Shown: positions 46,511 through 60,603 of the stretch, one piece after another | How the letters are laid out: every line of letters begins with the position of its first letter | Numbering within the stretch: position 1 is the first letter of the stretch | Source: Pristiophorus japonicus | Taxonomy: Eukaryota | Reading direction: 5' to 3' | Assembly: GCF_044704955.1 (NCBI RefSeq) | Contig: NC_091999.1 | Coordinates: 10,044,001 to 10,108,000 of the forward strand | DNA: 64,000 nucleotides | Notes under the pieces: generated by a model | Seen by the model: only the letters and a program-made list of their open reading frames with translations | Told to the model about the DNA's origin: nothing | Databases searched by the model: none | Program-made: the position numbers and the translations under genes

Positions 46511-47011
46511 ATGGACCCCATGTCGTACTGTCACCTCATCATATTGTGGCTCCTGCTTCTAGGTATGGTCATGCCTTTCTCTGTTTGCACTAATATGATG
46601 TGACTCGACATTCTAAGCTATTAGACTTTCTATCTCAGTACTGTATTCAAAGTTAACTTTTATTTCAGGGGAGATTCAGGCAGAATCGGTGGCACAACCT
46701 CAGACTGCGCTCTCTATCGCTGAAGGAGATTGAGTGAAAATAGATTGCAGTTACACAACAAGCCTCTCAAACCCAGGACTGTTTTGGTACCGACAGCACA
46801 CGAACCAGGCTCCGCGTTTTATTTTGTACCGATATAAGAACAGCAAATACGAAGCTGATTTTGCGATGGGAAGATTCGAGGCCGGCCAAGCAAAAGCAGA
46901 AAATAAGTTTCCTTTAACAATTACTCGAGCGGAAATCCAGGACTCTGCCGTATATTTCTGCGGGTTGAGGTACACATTGTTGTAAAGCTCATCTGTCGCT
47001 GTACAAAAACC
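46511..47011 (+). pseudogene. TCR alpha/delta V gene with a single premature stop
   Basis: Leader MDPMSYCHLIILWLLLL 46511-46562; exon from 46669 GEIQAESVAQPQTALSIAEGD*VKIDCSY..LFWYRQ..DSAVYFCGLR; RSS CACATTG, 23 bp, ACAAAAACC. Confidence 0.93.
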
Positions 47012-47039
47012 TCAGTGAAATAAAACTGCAGCAGACGGT

Positions 47040-47480
47040 GCCTCAACCCTCTGACTCAGAGACGTGAGTGAGAGTGACTGAGCGACGGCTGACACTTACA
47101 GCCTTATCTGCAAGTATCAGCCGTGGATCTGCAGCTCACGCCTTTGGTGCAGAAAGTTTTCATGTCAAGTCTGATTCCAAGGGACTCGGGCTGCACAATC
47201 CAGGACCGACACTACCGATGCTGGTACTGTGGGAGCGCTGCACTATCGGAGGGCATGCCATCTTTCAGTGAGATGTTAAACGAAGACCTAATTTGCTTTT
47301 GCTGGTGGATGTTAAATATTCCATGGCACTATTTTGAAAAAAGTATCAGAGCTCACCCAGGTGACGTGGGCAAAAATTTATCCGAAAGTCAGATAATCGC
47401 AGTGCTCTTCGTGGGATCTTGATGTGCAAAAATTGGCCAGCGTGTTGCCTGCATGACACAGTATATTTTTAAATTACTTC
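47040..47480 (+). mobile_element. Degenerate DeuSINE
   Basis: GCCATCTTTCAGTGAGATGTTAAAC..CCATGGCACTATTTTGAA Deu-domain similarity. Confidence 0.6.
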
Positions 47481-49284
47481 GTTGGCATTTTGGACATGTG
47501 CGCCAGTCTGTATGGACCAGGGCACCTTTTCCTATCTGTCATTGTTCCAATATAAAGCATTTTATACATTGCAACTCCTGGAGCGGTCTCACTTCCAATC
47601 TGGCCTCGATAATGTTAATTATTTTAGTGGCCCTGGCACCTGGCCAATGGCGCATTGCGCCTTTGAAGGGACCAGATTTGAGCCTCTTTGCAACAATCCG
47701 TGAACAGCACTTGAACCCAGATCCATCAGAGCACATTTTCGCTGAAACATAGGCTCAGTTTAAGATGTAAGCTTCATTAAATTGCTCAATTTCTGTTCCA
47801 TTTTCTCTCTTACCCACATCCTGCAAAACGGCTTTTGATCACCTAGTTTTTTCCATGCGAAAAAACAGCGAACCGCAGGATAGTCAGTTTTATTTATAAA
47901 AATAAATGCATTGCATGATGAAAAATCTTGTGGTTGCTAACCCTGAGCAACGGTTTCTGTTCAGTGCTTATTAAGGCAAGTGGAATATGGTAGCATTACC
48001 TTCGATTCTCAGTTATTTTAATTTTTCTGTAAACATTTCTGTGCTCGGTGTGTTTTATAGTGGGAGAAGGAAATTTGTAAAGCCAGAATAACAGTGGAAA
48101 AAAAGAGAGCGAATAGCAATCCCTGAAATATTAGAATCAGAAAGTGACTGAAATGTACGACAAGACAGTCAATATCTGAAAGTGAAGGACAGCGCAAAGC
48201 TTTACTGGGAGATCTCAGCAGCCAAGATCTTTTTAGATTCGGCAATTGCTGTGCTGCTCTAATCAATAATTTTCAGTGTTGATACCATTAATGGACTCTG
48301 GATAACATAGTCAAGTTCAATAGAAAGAAAGCGACTGATGTAAATAAAATATTTTTCAACGATTTAATATCAAGTTTTATCCTTCAACCTCAAAGTGATA
48401 TATTTTATTTGGGATGCTGTTTTACAATGCATGCGTATATTGTCTGATACATTTAGTGCATTTGCCTTCGCCTTAAAGCGCTATTTAGCAGCGGGGTGCC
48501 CTGAAGACAACTTTCGCTGACACTTTCAGTGAACCATCAGTAACTGTTATCCTTTATCCTGGTTGTAAAATTCCCCCAATCGTACTGGATGTTTTAACTA
48601 AACTGATTTGTGCAGGTTTTGTTCGGTTTGCACCGTGGACACAGCAGGATAATGCGATAGGGCTTTCGCAATCTGCATGGACATTATATGCGGCAATCAG
48701 AGAAGTTAGGTAGAGAGCAGTAGACAAAATTCTTGATTGATAAATTCCACAAAATGCATGTAAATTGAATAGAAATGCTGCTAACCAAATGGGGAGAAAA
48801 ATCAAAAATCTAATGGGATGTGGCAGAACAAAAGCTCAGCTTAATTTTGAAACCTGTATTAATTTCCAAGGTAGCCGATACCATGTTTTAACATGATTAA
48901 AATCTGAAGAATGTCAGTACAAATGAAGTGAAGCAGATTGCCATTCGCAGTGCTGCAATCCGTGTACAAACTCAAGCAGAAAGCTGTACATTCATAGACT
49001 AAATTGACAGTGCGTGCACAAATACCGCAGAACAGCAAAGATCAAGGGCTTTTAACAGAAATTTGACTGAGGAAAACTCAAAACTGTTCGGCTGTAGTTA
49101 AAATGATTCATTCAGACAAAGGTTAAAACAATGTGCTTTCTGCTGGTTGCACCACCATTAGAAGCCGTCTATGCCGTCCTGGATAAGGAACAATGGTAAT
49201 CAAAATAAGTGGAAAACCAAGATGTTTGGAGTAATAATAACGATTTTTTCGGGGGTTATAGCTGAATATTCAATTTTTACCATG

Positions 49285-49460
49285 CTTTCTTTTCCTTTCT
49301 CTCTGTCACTTTCTCTATCTCCAACTCTTTCTCTCCCTTTGTTTCTGTCTCTCCTCTCTCACTGTCTCTCTCTATTTGTCTGTGCGCATATCTCTCTCTC
49401 ACTCTGCATGTGTCTGTGTCACTCTTTCCATTTTTCGATCCCTATTTCTCTCTCTCCAGC
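49285..49460. repeat. CT-rich low-complexity repeat
   Basis: Directly visible. Confidence 0.85.
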
Positions 49461-49759
49461 GATTATACATCATTTATCACATGCCAAAGTAAAGTGTAAT
49501 GCGTTAACTGCACTACACCACCAACCATTCCAAGTTCCCATACAACAGCGGTGAGATGCAGGGTAAACCTCCCTTTTTGCTGCCACACTAAAGTCTCAGA
49601 CGTCAGATATAGCTTGGGCTAAATGTAATCTAAATTCATATTTACAGCATTCCACTAGACACTCAAACATTGGGTTCAGAAAATGTTGCAAAACAGGAAA
49701 CCTTCCTCTACACTTTTGCAACAAACTCTCATCGGAAAAGTATAGCTCATGTTAGATAA

Positions 49760-50215
49760 AGAAAGAAAGAAAGACTTGCATTTATATCGCGTCATTGACG
49801 ACTATCAGACGTCTCAAAGCGCCTTACAGCCAATTGAGCACTTTTGGAGTGTAGTCACTGTTGTATTGTAGGAGACACGGCTGACAACTTATGCACAGCA
49901 AACTCAAACAACTAGCAATGTGATAATGACCAGAAATCTGTTTTTGTTATGTTGATTGAGGGATACATATTTGCAAGGACACCGGGATAACTCCTTTGCT
50001 CTTCTTCTAAATAATGCCATGGGATCTTTCATGTCGACCTGAGAGAGCAGACGGGACCTCGATTTAATATCTCATCTGAAAGACTGCACGTGTGACAATG
50101 CAGCACTCCCTGAGCGCTACAGTGTAGTTTCAGCCTATATTTGCGTGCTTAATTCCATGGAATGAAACATGAACGAACAACTTTCTGACTCAGAGGTGAG
50201 TGTGCCACCCATTGA
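49760..50215 (-). mobile_element. DeuSINE (SacSINE1-like), near full length
   Basis: (GAAA)n tail, Deu domain and tRNA-like head at ~50170-50215. Confidence 0.75.
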
Positions 50216-53200
50216 GCAGCGGGAGTTAAAAAACGGCGCGAGAGAGCCAAACAGAGGGAGTAAAATAACAGCGTGAGATAGCCGATCAGCGCGAGTTTAA
50301 AATATATTAGAGACGGCAGAGGATGCGATGTGTTGCAGCTGCAGCATGTGGGAGCTGGTGGACACCAATGTGATCGATGGCCACTACATCTGCAGTAAGT
50401 GTTGGCTGCTCGAGGAACTTCGGCTGCATGTTGATGAGCTGGAGTCCGAGCTTCTGACAGTGCGACATATCATGGAGGGAGAGAATTACCTGGACGCTGT
50501 GTTCCAGCAGAGAGTCACGCCCCTTAATTTGAATAAGTCCGTGGTCAGGGCCAGTAGGATGTGACGACGAGTGAGGCAGATATGGGGACCAGAATGTAGT
50601 GATGAAGGAGCCTCAGCCATTGCAATTGTCTAACAGGTACGAGATTATTACTCTATTTGTGTACGAGAGCAGGGACTGCTGGGAGGATGAGCAAACTCAC
50701 CACAGCACCTTGGTACAGGTGACCATTCAAGTGTAGGTGCAAAGAGAAACTTGGTAGTGGTATCGGGCTGTATAGTTCTGGGGATATATACTGTTCTCTG
50801 CAGACAAAATAATGTGTCCCGAAGGCTGTGTGGCCTCCTTAGTGCCAAGCTTAAGTGCACCTCCTCTGTGCTGGAGAGGAACTAAGAGTGGAAGTGGAAA
50901 GATCCACTTGTCGTGGTCCATGTAAGTACAAATGACATAGGTATGTCAAGAAAGTGGTGCTGCTGAGGGAGCATGCGTAGCGAGGTGCAACATTAAAAAT
51001 CAGAACCACAAATATAGTAATCTCTGGGTTACTACCATAGCCACGAGCAAATTTGCATAGGGTAAATCAAATCAGAGAGATAAACGCTTGGCTCAAAGAC
51101 TGGTTTGGGTGAAATGGGTTTCCACTCATGTGGCACTGGTAACAGCAGTGTTATAAGAGGGAACTTTTCCATCGGGACCGGCATCTGTTGAACCAGGCTG
51201 GAACAGTGTCCTAGCGAATCGAATAACTAGGGCTAAATGTAAATATTTAAACCAATTAGTGGGGAGGGGGGCATCCGGTGAGCGTAAATTGATAAAGTCA
51301 AATGAAAAGGAGGAATCAATAGTACAGAGTAGCGATAAAGGTAATGATAACCTGAGTGTGACACGAAGGGACCGAGCGTATACACATAAGACTGCATCAG
51401 AAAGTGAGATCAGAGTAGGAAAAAATGGTAAACACACCAAATTAATAGTTCGTTATCTGAATGCACGCAGCATTCTAACAAGACAGATGAGTTGATGGCA
51501 CAAATTGCAATAAATGGGTATGATCTGAAAGCAATTACAGAGATGGGATTGCAAGCTAACCAAAGCTGGCAACTGAATATTCAGGGATTTTTCCATTCTG
51601 GAGCAACAACAGAAAGGAAAATGAGGCGAGGTACCTCGATAATAAATGATGAGTTCAGTGCAGTAGTGGGATATGATAAGGCTCTGAAAATCAGATGTAG
51701 AATCAGTTTGTGTGGATATAAGAAATAATAAGGGAAATACGTCACCGGTGGTATTAGTCAACAGGCACCCGAACAGTAGCCACACCGTAGGAACGAGTCT
51801 ATATCAAGAAATAATGGAGGCATGTAAGAAAGTTATGGCAATATTCATGGGTGATTTTAATCTTCATATTGATTGCACAAATCAAATTGCCAAAGGTAGA
51901 CTTGAGGAAGATTTCATAGAGTGTGTGTGGCATTGTATCTGAGACCAATACTTTGTGGAACCAACCAGCGGGCAGATTATGATTGATCTGGTAATATTAA
52001 TGAGAACGGATTCATTTATAGTCCCATAGTAAAGGATCCTCTGAGGAAGAGTGATCATAGCATAGTCGAATTTGAGCATGAGAAAGCAAGGTCTCGAACT
52101 CGTGCCCTGAACATAAATTGAGACAATTGCAAAGGTACGAAGGCAGTGTTGGCTAAAGTATATTTGCAAAATAACTGAAAATGTAAGATGATAGATATGC
52201 AGTGGCAAACATTTAAGGAGATATTTCATAACTCAGAGCAAGATATATTGCAGTGAGAGAGATAGACTCTAAGAGAAGAATAAACCATCCGTGGCTAACT
52301 AAGGAAGAAAAGGATGGTATCAAATTGAAAACAAAGGCAAACAACGTTACAAAGAATAGTGGAAGGCCATAGGATTGGGATTTAAAAAACAACAGCAAAC
52401 GACGACAAAAAAACGATAAACATCGAAACATTCTGCCCTTCTAGCCTGCACCGCCATTCAATGAGTTCGTAGCTGAACATACAACTTCAGTACCCCATTC
52501 CTGCTTTCTCGCCATACTCCTTGATCCCCCTAGTAGTAAGGACTACATCTAACTACTTTTTGAATATATTTAGTGAATTGGCCTCAACAACTTTCTGTGG
52601 TAGACGATTCCACAGGTTCACCACTCTCTGGGTGAAGAAGATTCTCCTCTTCTCGGTCCTAAATGGCTTACCCCTTATCCATAGACTGTGACACCTGGTT
52701 CTGGACTTCCCCAACATTGGGAACATTCTTCCTGCATCTAACCTGTGTAAACCAGTCAGAATTTTAAACGTTTCTATGAGATCCCCCCTCATTCTTCTGA
52801 ACTCCAGTGAATACAAGGCCAGTTGATCCAGTCTTTCTTGATATGTCAGCCCCGCCATCCCGGGAATCAGTCTGGTGAACCTTCGCTGCACAACCACAAT
52901 AGCAAGAATGTCCTTCCTCAAGTTAGGAGACCAAAACTGTACACAGTACTCCAGCTGAGGCCTCACCAAGGTCCTGTACAACTGTAGTAACACTTCCCTG
53001 CCCCTGTACTCAAATCCCCTCGCTATTAAGGCCAACATGCCATTTGCTTTCTTAACCGCCTGCTGTACCTACATGCCAACCTTCAATGAATGATGTACGA
53101 TTGCAGCCAGGTCTCGTTGCACCTCTCCTTTTCCTAATCTGTCACCATTCAGATAATTGTCTGTCTCTCTGTTTTTACCACCAAAGTGGATAACCTTACA

Positions 53201-55423
53201 TTTATCCACATTATACTTCATCTGCCATGCATTTGCCCACTCACCTAACCTATCCAAGTCAGTCTGCAGCCTCATAGCATCCTCCTCGCAGCTCACACAG
53301 CCACCCAACTTAGTGTCATCCGCAAATTTGGAGAGACTACATTTAATCCCCTCGTCTAAATCATTAATGTACAATGTAAACAGCTTGGGCCTCAGCACAG
53401 AACCTTGCGGTATCCCACTAGTCACTGCCTGCCATTCTGAAAAGTACCCATTTACTCCTACACTTTGCTTCCTGTCTGACAGCCAATCCTCAATCAATGT
53501 CAGCACACTACCCCCAATCCCATGTGCTTTAACTTTGCACATTAATCGCTTGTGTGGGACCTTGTCGAAAGCGTTCTGAAATCCAAATACACGACATCAA
53601 CTGGTTTTCCCTTGTCCACTCTACTGGAAACATCCTCAAAAAATTCCAGAACATTTGTCAAGCATGATTTGCCTTTCACAAATCCATTCTGAGAGCGAGA
53701 GTAGATAGTTTATGAAAGTAAACTAGCAACAAATATCAAAACAGACAGTAAGAGCCTCCAAGGGTATATAAAAAGGAAGAATGAAACGAAAGTAATCGTT
53801 GCTCCCTAGAGGATGAAACTGAGGAAGTAATAATGGGAAACAGGGAATGGCAGAGACTACACGGTAGAAGACACTAAAAGCTTCAAAATAATTGATGATT
53901 AAGGGGCTATTGGTAGAGAAAAATGTAGTAGGCAAACTAATGGGACTAAGGGTGGACTTGCCCTGGTCCTGATGGCCTATGTCCTCGAGTCTTAAAAGAA
54001 ATTGCAGCGATAGAGAATGCATTGGTTGTAATGTACCAAATTTTCCTGGATTCTGGAGAGGTCCCTGCGGATTGGAAAGCCGCAAATATAATGTCCCTAT
54101 TTAAGAAATGAGAAAGACAGAAAGCAGTAAGCTATAGTCCAGTTAGCCTAACATCTATCATTGGCAAAATGGTGGAGTCCATTTCTAAGGAAGTAGTAGG
54201 AAGACATTTGGAAAATGATAATGCAGTCAAGCAGAGTCAGCATGGTTTTATGAAAGGGAAATCATGGTTGACAAATTTGCCGGAGTTGTTTCAGGATGTA
54301 ACGAGCAGGGTGGATGCATGGGAACCAGTAGATGTCATGTATTTGGATTTGCAGAAGGCATTCGATAAGATGCCACATAAAAGGGTACTACACAAGATTA
54401 CATTTCACGGGGTTGGGGGTAATATATTTGCATGGATAGAGGATTGGTGAACTAACAGAGAACAGAGAGTCGAGATAAATGTGTCATTTTCAGGTTGTCA
54501 AATTGTAACTAATGGGGTTTCACAGGCATCAGTGCTGGCGCCTCAACTATTTACAATCTATATCAATGACGGATGAAGGAATTGAGTGTAGTTTAATAAA
54601 ATCTGCTGATGATACAAAGATAGGTTGGAAAGCAAGTTATGAGGAGAACGCAAAAGATCAGCAAAGGCACATAGATAGATAAACTGAGCGTACAAAATCA
54701 TTGGCAAATGGAGTATAACGTGCTAAAATTTGAAGTTATCCACTTTGGTAAGAAAAATAAAAAAGCAAATTATTATTTTAATGGGGAGAGAATACAACAT
54801 GCACAGTACAGAGGTATCTGGGTGTCCTCGTAGATGAAACTGTACAGGGCGTTGGCGAGACCACACCTTTGCACTTTATACAGTATTGTGCTCCTTATTT
54901 TAGGAAGGGTGTATTTCCATTGGAGGCTGTTCAAAAAAGGTTCACGAGGTTGATTCCGGATATGAAGTGGTTTTCATTTGAACAAAATTTGAACAGATTT
55001 GGCCTATACTCATTGGTGATTAGATGACTGAGAACAGATCTTATTAAAACGTATAAGAATCTGAGGGGTCTTAATTGGATAAATGCATAGAGGATGATTC
55101 TTAGGTGGGAACCTGGAACTAGGGTGCATATTCTCAGAATAAGTGCTCACTCATTTAAAACGGAAATGAGGAAGACTTACTTCTCTCAGAATGTCGTGAA
55201 TAGTTGGAATTCTCTACCCCAGAAAGCTGTGGAAGCTGGGTCATGGAATATACTTAAGGTGAAGTCAGACAGATTTTTGAAAGGTAGCTGAGTCAAGGGT
55301 TAGATGGAGAGGGCAGGGAACTAGAAGATCGGATCAGCCATGATCTTATTGAATCGGGGAGCAAGCTCAGGGGGCCAGATGGCCTACTACTGCTCCTATT
55401 TCTTATGTTCTTATGTTCTTATG
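50216..55423 (+). mobile_element. Near full-length degenerate CR1 LINE interrupted by a younger CR1
   Basis: ORF1 Cys motif CSCSMWE..ICSKC plus leucine zipper and esterase remnant; ORF2 YLNARSI, MGDFN, QHGFMKGKS, AFDKMPH; (TTCTTATG)n tail at ~55400. Confidence 0.92.
52433..53690 (-). mobile_element. Younger CR1 RT fragment nested in opposite orientation
   Basis: ORFs 53069..53542 ([10 protein letters not shown]) and 52553..53038; same family as 4986-6876. Confidence 0.95.
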
Positions 55424-55429
55424 AGTCAC

Positions 55430-55950
55430 AGCTAAAACAGATACACAGTAAAGCTCCATTTATACTGTCCCATCAAACACACCCAAGGCAGGTACAGCAC
55501 GGGGTTAGATGCAGAGTAAAGCTCCCTCTACACTGTCCCATCAAACACTCCCAGGGCAGGTACAGCACGGGGTTAGATACAGAGTAAAGCTCCCTCTACA
55601 CTGTGCCATCAAACACTCCCAGGGCAGGTAAACGGGGTTAGATACAGAATAAATCTCTGTCTACACTATCCAATCAAACACTCCCAATGCAAGTGCAGCA
55701 CGGATTAGAAACAAAGTAAAACTCACTCCATACTGTCCCATCAAACATTCCTAAGGCAGAGGCAGCAGGCTTTCGATACAAAGTAAAGCCCGCTCTGCAC
55801 TGTCCCAACAAATACAACTGGGACAGCTATAACATGTGTTCAATACAGAGGAATGTTCCCTATGCACTTTTACATCAGACAATCATAGGGCAGGTACAGC
55901 ACGGGTTAGTTGGAGAGTAAATCTTCCTCTACATATTCCCATCAAACATG
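55430..55950 (-). repeat. ~67-bp shark satellite, about 7.5 copies
   Basis: Reverse complement of the 8405-8850 unit; weak copies also near 49500-49760. Confidence 0.9.
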
Positions 55951-57329
55951 CGATGGGAGAGATAGTCCGCTTTTTGCAAATACCTCGCTGTGCACTCTGT
56001 GTGATCTGTAAGATCAGCTGGGTTAAAACTCAAACAACATCATGCTGACCATGGGTTGTAACTTGGGTAATAATCAATTAGAGGATGTCCTGATGGTAAA
56101 GAAGATAATAGAAAGTGTGAGACATTCAGCCATATTCAAATGTGTCAACTTTGTCCTTTGTCAGCTGTGTTATGGTAATAAATTAGATGGCGAGAGTTGA
56201 TTGCGGCAATAAAGCAATTTTAGCAGAGTAGAGTGCCTGTCTGTTTAGTTTACATTATTATTTTGTTAGCATTTGTATGCACCTTTGATGTACCGATATG
56301 CAATGATAGAATGCATGGTATAGAGATCAAAGGCAATCTTGTTATAAGAAGTGTAAGTGAACACTGTTTTAGCAGCACAGATGGGAATCAGATCATGTGT
56401 GGAACAAAAGCAGCTTGCACGCACGTATATCTCAGTAGCTCTCATATTGGTTTCGTGAAGTATGACGTTTGAATAAAGAGCTGATTCTGCATTACTACAA
56501 CTGATCATGTGTTATCTAACTTTTAAAGCAAGTAAAGGAAAAAGTACCAGAAAGATGTTCAATATGTGCTATTGAACATTTCCAAGGCAGGTACAACATG
56601 GATTAGATACAAAAGGAAGTGCTGCAAGAAACATTTGCATGTCAGCAACTGCACAAGTTACATAAAACTCAACTTCATTTATTCTGCCTCATAATCATTG
56701 CTCATAGACAGAATATATCACATCTATCCTATTCAATCGAATACTCTAAACTCAGGTATAATACGATTCTATGAGTGCAACACTGAGCTTTCGGTTTTCA
56801 AGAGTAAAGGACCAGTCCATCCTTTCCTGATAGGAATGTCATCACATTTCTGGTATCACCCCTGGAAATCTTTTTTGCATCCTCTCCAGTGCCTCAATAT
56901 CATTTTCATAGTATGGTGACAAGTATTTTATAAAGTCAAGCGAGGTCCGAAGGAACGACGTTCAGGGCCAAGAACGAGGTCGAGAGGGGCGGGAGGCAGA
57001 AGAGACGCAGTGACGTCGGGAGCCTGGAGTGATGTCGGGACACAGGAGTGAGGTCGGGTCTCAGGAGAGATGTTGGAAGGAGCAAAGCCTGGGACAGGTG
57101 TAGCGGGGTCGGGACCCATGTGCGAGGTCGAGGCCCAGGAGCGAATTCTGACCCAGGAACTTGGTCATACCCAGCACCGAGCTGGCGGCCCAGGAGAGGC
57201 GCAGTATCGACCTGCAGCGGGATCTGTGCCCATGGCCTGTGCAGCACGGACCAACAGCGAGGGCGGGAGGCCTACACTGCACCCTATGAAACCAAAGGAG
57301 AGAGAGGAAGGAGGAAGGAAGATAGAAGG

Positions 57330-57341
57330 AGTGTGTGTGTG

Positions 57342-57373
<32 letters not shown>
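57330..57373. repeat. (GT)n microsatellite
   Basis: Directly visible. Confidence 0.98.
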
Positions 57374-57374
<1 letters not shown>

Positions 57375-57377
57375 ATA

Positions 57378-60300
57378 AGGTTTATGCAGCGCAGCTTGGT
57401 CTCCAATTGCCTTCAATTCTTTTGCCATTGGACCAACACCTTGATCTGTCAAGCCCGTGTGGTAGCTTTTGTGCAGCCACCACCCCATGTAAAAGGTATT
57501 CACGCACAGGCATCTTCCACCATTTAAAATAATGTTCTGGACCTGGAATCTTAGGACCCTCATGGATAACGCTAACAGCGACGGACCGGAATCCTATACT
57601 GATATCGCTGCGGGGCACTCAGGCGTTTTGACATACCCAAAGGGGGAGGGCTTCGCCATAAAAAATGAGCTTTTTGGGCCTCTTTAGAAACAGGATAAAC
57701 GAACGCCTCATGACCCTTCGGCTCAAACTAGACCGGAACCGGTGCGTTACATTCATCAGTGCATATTCCCCAACACTGGAAGTTACAGACGAGATCATAG
57801 TGGAATTCCACTGCAGCATTGAATAATCATTGACCTGAATCCCAATGGCCGACAAGCCAATCCTCCTTGGCGAATGTAACGCCAGAGTTGTAGAGGAAAC
57901 CGAACTCTGCAGAGTCAGAATTGGCAGAGAGGTGTTATGGGAAACCAACTCAAACCGTACCCTCCTCCTGAGGAATTGCTTAGAACATGGCCTTGTCTTA
58001 ACTAACACCCATTCCGTGTGAGAGAGAGAGACAAGTACAAGGCCTCATGGCAACACCCTCATGCCAAACACTGCTGGATTACGTAATCATCCAAGCATGG
58101 GACCAAAAAGACGTCCTCATCTGCCGCATCAATGCAGGAGGTGATGACTGCTGAATAGACAACTGCCTAATCCACGCTGTCATTTCCATCAATCTAGCCC
58201 CAAAGAGGTGGTGGCAGCAGAAATGATGCCACTGGAAAATCAACACTGGAGCACTCAAAGACCCTGCTCAGAAACCCCTATTCATCCAGCGCCTCACATC
58301 CAAAATGAGGATTCCCAGTGAATCAAAGAAGCAGAGTACCCATTGTGCCTGGTCTGGCCTCAAGGCCTCCATAATTAGCACTTGTGAAGAGACGCTTGGT
58401 CACTCGATCAGTAAGCATCAAGACTGGTTGGACGAGAACGATCAGAAGATCCAGGAGCTAATAAGAGCCAGGCATTCCTGAACAGGGAACAGCAATACAA
58501 CTCGAGTGCAAGAAATCAGCTCTGTAGACGTCTGACGGCCGAGGCCCAACGTGAAAATCGCGACCTAAAGAACAGATGGTGGGTGTAGAAATCTAAGAAG
58601 GTCTAGCAATTAACCAACATCCCAGATTGGCTTGGATTCTTTAACGCAGTCAAGACCACCAATGACCCATGTACCCAGGTTCTACCCCAGTGCAGGCCAA
58701 GGATGGGGAGTTGCTCATCAAGGACAGAGAAGCAGTCAGTGCCCGCTGGAAGGAGTACTTCAAAGATCTCCTTAACCGAGATTCTGTCTTTGACGTGATT
58801 GTCCTCGAATGTATCCCACAGCTTTCCATCCGCCACCACCTCAGCACAAATCCTGCATGGCATCAGGTTCAAATGTCATCCGACATCTGAAGAACAACAA
58901 GGCCTCCGGAACAGATGGAAACGCCGCCAAAGCACTAAAGCATGGTGGAGAAGCACAATTGGCGCAAATCCATGAACTCGTTTATCTTATTTGGAAGGGG
59001 ATCGCAGAGACGCCGTACTCGTGACCATCTTCAAGAAAGGTGATAAGTCCGATTGCGATAATTACAGAGGAGTGTCCCTGCCACAGGGAAAGTCATCGCA
59101 ATAATGCTCCTCAATCACCATCTCCCAGTAGCTGAAGAATTCCTCCAAGAGAAGCAATGCGGATTCAGACCAATAACGGGTACAATGGACATGATCTTTA
59201 CCGCACGTCAAATTCAAGAAGAATGCAGAGAGCAGCATCAACCCCTGTACATGGGATTCTTTGACCTCACAAAGCCCTTGGACACTGTCAACCGTGAGGG
59301 TTTATGGATTTTCTTCCTCAAGTTTGTCTACCCTCAAAATTTGTCACCATCCTCCATCGCATCACGATGAGATGCAAGCCATCATCCTGGCCAATGGATC
59401 CACCAGAGACCTACTTCAAGTACGGACCAGGAGTAAGCAAGACTGTGTCATTGCACCAACGCTATTCTTGATCTTCCTTGTAGCAAACTTCCATCTCACC
59501 CTCAATGAGCTCCCCACTGGAGTGGAGCTAATCTACAGAACAACCAAGAAATTATTCAACTTCCGTTGCCTCCAGTCTAGCTCCACGATCGTCCCATCCT
59601 CTGTGATTGAATTACAGTAGGCAGACTATGCTTGTGTTCAAGCACACTCGGAGGTCGATCTCCAAACCATCGTCAACACTTTCACCGAAGCATACAGATT
59701 ATGGGCATTGCACTAAATATCCGTAAGACAAGGATCCTCTACCAACCTGCTCCCACCACAAAGTATTGCTCAGGATTATCAAAATCCATGACGGGGCCGT
59801 GGATAAAGTGGAACACTTTCCATACCTCTGGAGCCTACTGTCAGCAAGGGCAGACGTTGATAACAACGCGTTACACCTCCTTCAGTGTGCCAGTGCAGCA
59901 TTCAATCGCCTGAGTATGATAATGTTTGACGACCAGGACCTCAAAACTGGCAGCAAGCGCATGTTCTGCAGAGCAGTCGTGATACCCGCCCTGATATATT
60001 CTTCAGCGACTATGCGCAGCAGGCGTCTCAAAACATTGGAGAAGTGCCATCAACGCTTCCTCTGGAAGATCCTGCAAATACGTTGGCAGGCGTACCAACA
60101 CCAGTGCTCTCACTCAGGCCAACATCTCCAGCATCGAAGCATTGTCCACACTCGGTCAGCTCCGATTAACGGGCCAGATCGTCAGCATGCTCGATATTCG
60201 TCAACCAATGCAAACACTCTACTCAGAGCTCTGAAACGGCAAGCGAGTCCCAGGTGAGCAAAGGAAACATTTCAAGGACACCATCAAAGCCTCCTTGAAA

Positions 60301-60603
60301 AAGTGCAACATCCCCACTGACACATGGGAAACCCCAGTCCAAGACCGCTCAAAGTGTAGAAGAAGCATCCGGGAAGGCGCCAAACACCTCGAGTCTCTTC
60401 GTCCAGAATACATGGAAGCTGAGTGCAAACAGCGGAAGTAGTGCACAACAACCCAAGCATTGCACCACCCGTCCCTCCAACCATCGTCGGTCCCACGTGT
60501 GGCAGAGACTGTACGTCCTGCATTGGATTCATCAGTCACCTGAGAACTCATATTAGCGTGGAAGCAAGTCTTGCTCCACTCCGAGGGACTGCCTAAGAAG
60601 AAG
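57378..60603 (+). mobile_element. Near full-length degenerate RTE-clade LINE
   Basis: Endonuclease TWNLRTL, FISAYSPT; RT QCGFR..TMDMIFTARQIQE..FFDLTK, CVIAPTLF; C-terminal TCGRDC..IGFISHLRTH; (AAG)n tail. Confidence 0.92.

Noticed and set aside
610-47011. NAR-TCR cassette, IgH V segments or germline-joined V(D)J genes
   Set aside because: No IgNAR- or IgH-type frameworks and no D flanked by two RSS were recognised; every complete V ends in an RSS or its remnant rather than a J
50328-50564. Novel zinc-finger/leucine-zipper gene
   Set aside because: It is the N-terminus of CR1 ORF1, colinear with esterase, endonuclease and RT remnants
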